Shown: positions 1-5,673 of the stretch, piece after piece
How positions within the stretch are numbered: position 1 is the first letter of the stretch
Layout: each line of letters starts with the position of its first letter
Source: an archaeon
Lineage (GTDB): Archaea; Iainarchaeota; Iainarchaeia; Iainarchaeales; CSSED10-239
DNA length: 32,000 bases
Direction of reading: 5' to 3'
Assembly (NCBI GenBank): GCA_035400625.1
Contig: DAOMZT010000001.1
Span: forward strand, 60,001-92,000
The notes under the pieces: model-generated
Told to the model about the DNA's origin: nothing
The model's database searches: none
What the model saw: only the letters and a program-made list of their open reading frames with translations
Program-made: the position numbers and the translations under genes

Positions 1-287
1 AATACATTTGTAAATTCTGAATTTGTTTCTGGGTTAAAATAAGTATATATGTATTTTCTATGCCCTACAGAAAGAATGTATATTTTATCAGATTTAAATT
101 CATAAATAACCCTATAATTTCCTATATGTAAACTTCTACAACCGCTTAGTTCGTGTGACAGTGGTTTTCCTAGTTCTGGGTTTTCAGATAATTGCTCTAG
201 TTTTTTAAATATTTGATCTTCGATTTTTTTGTCTAATGATTTTAATATTTTCTTTTGTTTTTCTGTAATATAAATCTCAAAGGTCAT
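1..287 (-). CDS. RelE/ParE-family type II toxin; C-terminal end runs off the window
   Basis: Absent from the ORF track because no stop codon lies inside the window. My translation from the ATG at 287-285 gives MTFEIYITEKQKKILKSLDKKIEDQIFKKLEQLSENPELGKPLSHELSGCRSLHIGNYRVIYEFKSDKIYILSVGHRKYIYTYF... This matches the RelE/ParE signature (G.pL...L.g.rs.r.GdYRvIY.......i.il.vgHRk.iY). Its ATG overlaps the TGA of the upstream small ORF (ATGA at 284-287). Confidence 0.7.
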   Translation of the reverse strand, partial: MTFEIYITEKQKKILKSLDKKIEDQIFKKLEQLSENPELGKPLSHELSGCRSLHIGNYRVIYEFKSDKIYILSVGHRKYIYTYFNPETNSEFTNV

Positions 288-505
288 ATCCTTCCCATCT
301 CTTTTTTTAAATCAGAAAATTTAATCCCTTTCCCTTCTTTATATTCTTTTCTTGCTTGCGTAACTTCTTTTAAGTCATCAAGCATTTCCATATGATTTAT
401 TTTTTCGGCAAATGCTTTTCTTGCAACTTCACTCCACCTTATTTCAGAATAATTCTTCATTTTATCATACATTTCTTGCGAAATACTTAGAGTCATATTT
501 GGCAT
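284..505 (-). CDS. putative antitoxin (RHH/CopG-like N-terminus) paired with the RelE-like toxin
   Basis: 73 aa, directly upstream of the toxin with a 4-nt ATGA overlap. The N-terminus TLSISQEMYDKMK...WSEVARKAFAEKI looks like a strand plus two helices, and the C-terminal tail is charged. Confidence 0.55.
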   Translation of the reverse strand: MPNMTLSISQEMYDKMKNYSEIRWSEVARKAFAEKINHMEMLDDLKEVTQARKEYKEGKGIKFSDLKKEMGRI

Positions 506-547
506 AGTTTATCACCAAATAAGTTAATAATCAAACAGTTTTTAAAT

Positions 548-572
548 ATGTGTAACCGCATAAACTACACAT
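548..572. promoter_or_regulatory. inverted repeat ATGTGTA-N11-TACACAT, candidate operator of the toxin-antitoxin promoter
   Basis: Perfect 7-bp arms at 548-554 and 566-572. It sits immediately downstream (minus strand) of a TATA-like TTTATAA at about 582-588 and 43-67 nt upstream of the antitoxin ATG (505). Confidence 0.3.
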
Positions 573-623
573 TTCTAATTATTATAAATATATTATAGAA
601 TTAGTAGTTTAAAAAGCTTTTGA

Positions 624-640
624 GGGTAGATGTCCAGTGC
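624..640. repeat. GC-rich 17-mer GGGTAGATGTCCAGTGC, inverted copy of 5573-5589 (16/17 identical)
   Basis: The reverse complement GCACTGGACATCTACCC compares with GCACTGGACACCTACCC at 5573-5589. The extension GATGTCCAGTGCGAA (629-643) also recurs at 5480-5501 with a 7-nt insertion. Confidence 0.7.
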
Positions 641-652
641 GAAAAAAGAAAA

Positions 653-1543
653 TTACATCGCCTCTAGTCTTTTGATTCTTTCTTGTATTGGTGGATGAGT
701 GGAGAACAGATTTGACAACCCACCTGATGAAAGAGGATTAGCAATATAAAGATGAGCAGTGCCTTTACTTGCATTCTTTACTGGCTGATTAAATCCAGAA
801 ATCTTTCTTAAAGCACTTGCAAGCCCTTGAGGATATCGTGTTAATTTTCCTGCTGAAGAGTCTGCAAGATATTCTCTGTTTCTAGATAATGCCATTTGAA
901 TAATAAAAGCAATAAGCGGAGCAAGAATAACTAAAACAATTGCAAGAATTAACAAAGGTATATTCTTATTATCTCGATCTCCACTACCACCATAAATCAT
1001 CCCTCTTAAAGCAATATCTGAAGTTATTGAAACAATACCAAAAAGAACAGAAACAAAGGTCATAACCTGTATATCTCTATTCTGTATATGAGACATCTCA
1101 TGAGCAATTACTCCCTCTAGTTCTTGCCTATTCATCATCTCTAAAAGACCAGTAGTTACAGCAATAGATGAATGCTTTGGATTTCTTCCAGTAGCAAACG
1201 CATTTGGAGACTTATCTTCAATTACATAAACTTTAGGTTTTGGTATTCCCGCAGAAAGAGACAAGCCCTCAACAAGATTAATAAGATAAACATGTTTCTT
1301 CTCATCAGCCTCTTTTGCGCCACTTGTTGCTAAAACAATTTTGTCACCTAGAAAATAACCAATAATTGCATAAACTATTGCAATAACACCAGCAATAAAC
1401 AATATTCCAAAACCTGTAAAATTAAAGATGTACTTTATTGCAATGGCAAGTAAAAATATAAATGCAAAAAAACCAATAAATAAAAATACGGTTTTTAGTT
1501 TATTACTATTAATCTCACTAAAAATATCTCTTCTTTCTGCCAT
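653..1543 (-). CDS. htpX: M48-family zinc metalloprotease HtpX
   Basis: HEMSH (HExxH) zinc motif, N-terminal and central hydrophobic TM segments, and the typical ~295-aa HtpX layout. Confidence 0.9.
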   Translation of the reverse strand: MAERRDIFSEINSNKLKTVFLFIGFFAFIFLLAIAIKYIFNFTGFGILFIAGVIAIVYAIIGYFLGDKIVLATSGAKEADEKKHVYLINLVEGLSLSAGIPKPKVYVIEDKSPNAFATGRNPKHSSIAVTTGLLEMMNRQELEGVIAHEMSHIQNRDIQVMTFVSVLFGIVSITSDIALRGMIYGGSGDRDNKNIPLLILAIVLVILAPLIAFIIQMALSRNREYLADSSAGKLTRYPQGLASALRKISGFNQPVKNASKGTAHLYIANPLSSGGLSNLFSTHPPIQERIKRLEAM

Positions 1544-1643
1544 AATTTATCAGTTATTAATCAGTTGTTTACTATATAATAGATAATAATAACATTTAAA
1601 AAGAAATACATCTTAAAAATAATAAGCACAAAATGGAGAGATT

Positions 1644-3029
1644 ATGACAAAAAACAAATATGAATATTATAATCCTGATTTTCAAAAAATTATAGAAAAT
1701 ATTAAAAAAAACAATTTAACAATAAAAGATCTCTCTGAATATTTTCTTAAAAATAACACATCTGATAAATCACAAGTAATCAAAGAACTTTTAAGACTAA
1801 ACAATATTGAAGATATAATATACGGTTCCGAAATAATAGATGAAAAAAAACAACTTCTTTCTAAATTTCTAGAAAAAGAATTATCAGATTACATAGTAAA
1901 TTACTTTATGGGCTATAGACAGCTAACCAAAATATTTGAACAAAGAAATATTGAAGAGATAATAATTAATGATTTTGATAAAGTGTTTATTATTGATAGA
2001 GAACAAAAAAAGACACTAACAGGGATAAAATTTAAAGAAAAAGAATATGAAAAACTTATTGAAGTCTTTAAAAACACAGTAAAAAGAGACTTTAAAAAAA
2101 GAGAATTTATAGATGGAACTTTACCAGATAGATCAAGATTAAATATTGTCTCAAAAGCAGTTTGTGATTTTAATGCAATAACTATAAGAAAATTCACAAA
2201 AAAACCATTAACTATAATTGATTTAATCAATAATGATGTTATAGACTCTTATACCGCAGCATATCTTTGGACAGTTATTGAAGGATTTAAAGTAAAACCT
2301 GCAAATCTTTTCGTATGTGGCGGTACTGGCTCAGGAAAAACAACTTTTCTAAATGTTTTAATGGATTTTATAGATAATAATGAAAGAGTAATATTAATTG
2401 AAGACACTGCAGAGTTAGATATTAGCAATTTTAATGATTCTGTTTCTCTTATCTCTGATATCTCTAATGAAGAGAGCTTATATGAAATAACCATAAATAC
2501 ATTAAGAATGAGACCTGATAGAGTAATTATTGGAGAAGTAAGAGCAAGAGAAGTTCAAGGGTTATTTGTTGCAATGGATACTGGCCACGAAGGTTGTATG
2601 GCGACATTACATGCAAACAATAGCGAAGATGCAGTCATTAAATTGCTAAACAAACCAATGGACATACCAGAAACGGTTCTCCCACTTCTTGATATAATAA
2701 TAATTTTAAAAAAGAAATTTTTTTCTGGAAAAACTATAAGAAAACTTTCTCAGATTACTGAAATTTCAAAAGTAGGAAATATCAATCTTAATAACATTTA
2801 CAAAGATGAGGAATGCAATGGTTGTTCAGTAGATGTTATGACCTCTCACTTTGCAGAAAAACTTTGTAATCTTGTAGGCATTTCTAAAAAAGAATTTAAG
2901 AGAATAATAGAATATAGGGCTGCATTGTTTGATCAAATCTGTGTGACTAAACCAGACATTTCTAGAGAAGACCTAAAAATAATATTACACAGCCAAGAAT
3001 TGGAGTATTTAGAAATATTGAAAAAATAA
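1644..3029 (+). CDS. FlaI/PilB/VirB11-type secretion (type IV pilus/archaellum-like) ATPase
   Basis: Walker A CGGTGSGKTT, Asp box ILIEDTAEL, Walker B PDRVIIGEVR, His box GHEGCMATLHAN. Confidence 0.85.
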   Translation: MTKNKYEYYNPDFQKIIENIKKNNLTIKDLSEYFLKNNTSDKSQVIKELLRLNNIEDIIYGSEIIDEKKQLLSKFLEKELSDYIVNYFMGYRQLTKIFEQRNIEEIIINDFDKVFIIDREQKKTLTGIKFKEKEYEKLIEVFKNTVKRDFKKREFIDGTLPDRSRLNIVSKAVCDFNAITIRKFTKKPLTIIDLINNDVIDSYTAAYLWTVIEGFKVKPANLFVCGGTGSGKTTFLNVLMDFIDNNERVILIEDTAELDISNFNDSVSLISDISNEESLYEITINTLRMRPDRVIIGEVRAREVQGLFVAMDTGHEGCMATLHANNSEDAVIKLLNKPMDIPETVLPLLDIIIILKKKFFSGKTIRKLSQITEISKVGNINLNNIYKDEECNGCSVDVMTSHFAEKLCNLVGISKKEFKRIIEYRAALFDQICVTKPDISREDLKIILHSQELEYLEILKK

Positions 3030-3070
3030 ATATGTTTATTAAATATTAACAAACTATATGGTATATAAAG

Positions 3071-3607
3071 GTGATAAAAATGGCATTTAATTTTAAAAAC
3101 TTATTTAGTACAAAAAACAAAACAATAAGAGAAGAAGAAAATAAAAACTTCAATGCAATTCCAGTTCTTGAAAAAACAAACAAGATAGATCTTGCAGCAG
3201 TTATCTCTAGAAGAAATTTGATGAATGTTGACAAACTAATTGATGTGGCAAAGACAAACGAAGAGATAGAAAAATATAAGCAAATGGTTCTTAACTATAA
3301 GAAAAAAGGAGCAACAGAAAGACAACTTGAAAACCTAAAACAAAAGATTGAAGAGCTTGTTATTGAAAGACAAAAGATGGAGGTCTTAATGGAATTATTA
3401 AATCAAGATAATCTTGTCAAGACAGCATTTGGAAAGAAAAGACAAGCAGAAATACATAATACTCTTCTAAACAGATATAAAAGCGGAGAAATGAACCTTA
3501 TTGATTTTAAAGAAAACCTTGCAGAGTTATCCTTAATTTTAAAATCAAGAACTGATGAAAGAAACGAAACACAAAAGCTTGAAGATTTCAATGCTAGATT
3601 ATATTAG
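3071..3607 (+). CDS. hypothetical charged coiled-coil protein (start may be the ATG at 3080 rather than the GTG at 3071)
   Basis: 178-aa ORF 41 nt downstream of the ATPase on the same strand. It has K/E-rich heptad-like sequence and no recognisable motif. Confidence 0.5.
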   Translation: MIKMAFNFKNLFSTKNKTIREEENKNFNAIPVLEKTNKIDLAAVISRRNLMNVDKLIDVAKTNEEIEKYKQMVLNYKKKGATERQLENLKQKIEELVIERQKMEVLMELLNQDNLVKTAFGKKRQAEIHNTLLNRYKSGEMNLIDFKENLAELSLILKSRTDERNETQKLEDFNARLY

Positions 3608-3609
3608 TT

Positions 3610-4605
3610 TTAGAAAAAATCAGAAATTGAAATTTGGGAAAGATCAGTAATTGGTCTTGACCATATACCTAGTTCTTTGTTTATTGTTTTTGAAAACTCG
3701 TTTGCAAAGCCGTGCATTGTAAACACTTTTTTTGGGTTTACGGCCTTAACAAAATCTAAAAGATCCTGATAATCACAATGATCTGAAATTGGAATGCATT
3801 TTCCTGAACGATAATGCTTCCAGCCTGTTGCTAAGTAACTTGAAACTTTTCTATTTTGTTGGTGTTCTAGGCACCTTATTAAATCTCTGTTGATCAGATT
3901 CATTGGAACAATCAAGATATTGTGTTCTGAAATATTATGATCTAATAGTTCATATTTACCTAAAGAAATATTAAAATCCTCATAGATTTTAGAAAATTCA
4001 AATGCTTTCTTTGTGACTAGTGGCGTTTCTTTAAGATAATCATTTACAAATCTTATTAGCTCTTGAGATTTTCCAAGAGAATAAGCACCAATCAATACTA
4101 ACCTGTTGTTTTTAATATCCTTTGTTATCATCTCTGCAAAGTCCTCATAGACCTGCTCTCTTCTTGGAAAAGAAAATTCCTTTTTGCCAAATGTTGTTTC
4201 TAATATCAGAATGTCTGCTTCTTTTGGTGTTGCTGCTTTTAAGAGAAGAGAGTCCTGCATTTTAAAATCACCAGTATAAAGAACAGACTTGTCTTTACTC
4301 TCTAGATAAAACATCTTACTTCCAAGAATGTGGCCAGCATCAAGAGCAGAAAGGTTAATGTTGTCTGTTAAATTTAAGGTGTTGCCATTAACAAAAGAAT
4401 AAGACATTTCTCTTTTTGTGTACAGGTCAATAAATGAGGCTGTTTCTTTTGTTGTAAATATCTTTTGGTTTGTAATTGAGATGTGATCAGAGTGGCCATG
4501 AGTGATTAAACTATAGTCATTAATATTTGTTTCTTTTGTTTGGTCAATATTTGCCTTTTGGTCTTTATCAATAACTGAAAAACAATTAGAATAGTTTAGA
4601 ATCAT
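3610..4605 (-). CDS. metallo-beta-lactamase fold, beta-CASP-type nuclease
   Basis: MBL motifs HGHSDH, AGHILGS and TGDF, followed by beta-CASP-like motifs ETTFG, SDHCD and TMHG in the canonical order. Confidence 0.8.
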   Translation of the reverse strand: MILNYSNCFSVIDKDQKANIDQTKETNINDYSLITHGHSDHISITNQKIFTTKETASFIDLYTKREMSYSFVNGNTLNLTDNINLSALDAGHILGSKMFYLESKDKSVLYTGDFKMQDSLLLKAATPKEADILILETTFGKKEFSFPRREQVYEDFAEMITKDIKNNRLVLIGAYSLGKSQELIRFVNDYLKETPLVTKKAFEFSKIYEDFNISLGKYELLDHNISEHNILIVPMNLINRDLIRCLEHQQNRKVSSYLATGWKHYRSGKCIPISDHCDYQDLLDFVKAVNPKKVFTMHGFANEFSKTINKELGIWSRPITDLSQISISDFF

Positions 4606-4683
4606 AATACAATAAATAATATCTCAGGATTATTTTATATTGCTTTTGGTTTTTGTTAAAAGCAACAAGTATATAAAGACTTT

Positions 4684-4693
4684 TTTATATAAA
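4684..4693 (+). promoter_or_regulatory. TATA-like box (TTTATATAAA) upstream of tRNA-Trp
   Basis: It spans positions -26 to -17 (centre about -22) relative to tRNA position +1 (4710), near the expected archaeal TATA-to-start spacing. Confidence 0.35.
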
Positions 4694-4709
4694 TTATATA
4701 CTACAAAAA

Positions 4710-4878
4710 GGGGATATGGGGTAGTCCGGTTAGCCTAGCGGGCTCCAGATTTTTAAACTTTTTGCAAGATGTTTCTTTTTAGAAACAGATGATTGAAAGT
4801 TACAGGTATGCTAAGAAAACATATTCTTAGAAAAAAAGGAGATACCTGTTGACCTGGGTTCAAATCCCAGTATCCCCA
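4710..4878 (+). tRNA. tRNA-Trp (anticodon CCA at 4745-4747) interrupted by a 95-nt intron at the canonical 37/38 site
   Basis: Acceptor stem GGGGATA/TATCCCC with discriminator A. D stem GGGT/GCCT. Anticodon stem GCGGG/CCTGT (two G-U pairs) with loop CTCCAGA. T arm CTGGG-TTCAAAT-CCCAG. No encoded CCA. The exons are 4710-4748 and 4844-4878. Confidence 0.85.
4749..4843 (+). other. tRNA-Trp intron bounded by a bulge-helix-bulge splice motif
   Basis: The central 4-bp helix pairs CTCC (4743-4746) with GGAG (4838-4841). It is flanked by 3-nt bulges AG|A (4747-4749) and AT|A (4842-4844). The outer helix pairs TTTTT (4750-4754) with AAAAA (4833-4837). Two internal perfect hairpins lie at 4771-4786 and 4811-4830. 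Confidence 0.8.
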
Positions 4879-4893
4879 AGTATTTTACTTATT

Positions 4894-5349
4894 TTATTTA
4901 AAGAAATTTAAAGCAAATCTAGCAAAGCCAAACTTGATTTTCTTAAAGACACCAACAGAACGATATCTTATGGTTTTGTCTTTTACTGCTTGTTTAAAAT
5001 CTTTTACAGGTGTGTTGCTTTTAATTAAATTTTCTATTGTTTGTGGGTCAGTGTCTACAATTAATGTTGGATTTACTGTTCCATCAGTAGAATAGGAATC
5101 TATTGCTCCTTCTTTCATTACAAGAGTTATGCTTTTTATCTCTGTTCCATAATCTACATTTATTTGTATCTTTTCATTACCTGCAAACTTTCTTAAAGCT
5201 CCTGGCATCTTATCAAGATTGGCATTGTATTGTTCTTTTGCAAACTCTGGGTTGTTAAATAGTTCATCAACCATATAACTTTGTGCATAAACTGTTCCCA
5301 ATAACAAAACTAATGAAAATATTACTGCAATCTTTTTAAAATCAAACAT
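4894..5349 (-). CDS. hypothetical secreted protein
   Basis: N-terminal signal-peptide-like segment MFDFKKIAVIFSLVLLLGTVYAQS. An AGGAGG Shine-Dalgarno-like sequence lies 6 nt upstream of the ATG. Confidence 0.6.
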   Translation of the reverse strand: MFDFKKIAVIFSLVLLLGTVYAQSYMVDELFNNPEFAKEQYNANLDKMPGALRKFAGNEKIQINVDYGTEIKSITLVMKEGAIDSYSTDGTVNPTLIVDTDPQTIENLIKSNTPVKDFKQAVKDKTIRYRSVGVFKKIKFGFARFALNFFK

Positions 5350-5479
5350 GTTCTTCCTCCTTTTCTTTTTTCAATTTTAATAATTATTGTTCTTTTTTTT
5401 AATAATCATTAAGTATAAAAATATTATAACCGATAAGTTTTAAAAGTATATTAAGAAGCTTTGGAACTTGCTCTTGCAA

Positions 5480-5501
5480 GACGTCCAAAAAATAGTGCGA
5501 A
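5480..5501. repeat. box GACGTCCA-aaaaata-GTGCGAA, interrupted copy of 629-643
   Basis: 14 of 15 positions match GATGTCCAGTGCGAA once the 7-nt insertion is ignored. It is inverted relative to box 5573-5589 and overlaps an imperfect hairpin at 5461-5488 (TTGGA.CTTGC/GCAAG...TCCAA). Confidence 0.5.
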
Positions 5502-5572
5502 TTGTTTCTAAAAAATTTCTAAAAAAGGATTTTTACAGAACCTTTTATAAAATCACAATATTTATAAACTTT

Positions 5573-5589
5573 GCACTGGACACCTACCC
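5573..5589. repeat. GC-rich 17-mer GCACTGGACACCTACCC, inverted copy of 624-640
   Basis: 16/17 identity to the reverse complement of 624-640. It is preceded by the TATA-like TTTATAAA (5561-5568) and runs into a C7 tract (5587-5593), with a C5 tract at 5601-5605. Confidence 0.7.
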
Positions 5590-5673
5590 CCCCGAAAACA
5601 CCCCCTGTTTGTTTGAACTACATATATTCATCTGCCAATGATATTTTAGAAATTGTGGAGTTGAATAATAGCC

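Noticed and set aside
1913-2494. Two minus-strand ORFs (105 and 81 aa) inside the FlaI-like ATPase gene
   Set aside because: They are antisense to a CDS with unmistakable ATPase motifs. Their low-complexity I/L/S/F-rich translations are typical of the reverse frame of AT-rich coding DNA.
3046-3591. Minus-strand ORFs 3046-3234 and 3403-3591
   Set aside because: They are antisense to the 178-aa coiled-coil ORF. Their hydrophobic, low-complexity translations have no start context, so I treat them as shadow ORFs.
4787-4814. A canonical box C/D sRNA inside the tRNA-Trp intron
   Set aside because: There is no exact RUGAUGA or CUGA box, only ATGATTGA and CTAA. The guide duplex is only 8 bp. I report it as a hypothesis and do not call it an ncRNA gene. 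Exact RUGAUGA matches elsewhere in the window all fall inside coding regions.
4710-5673. An integrated element using tRNA-Trp as its attachment site
   Set aside because: No direct repeat of the tRNA 3' half is found elsewhere in the window. No integrase or recombinase gene is present. The inverted 17-mers are not att-like direct repeats.
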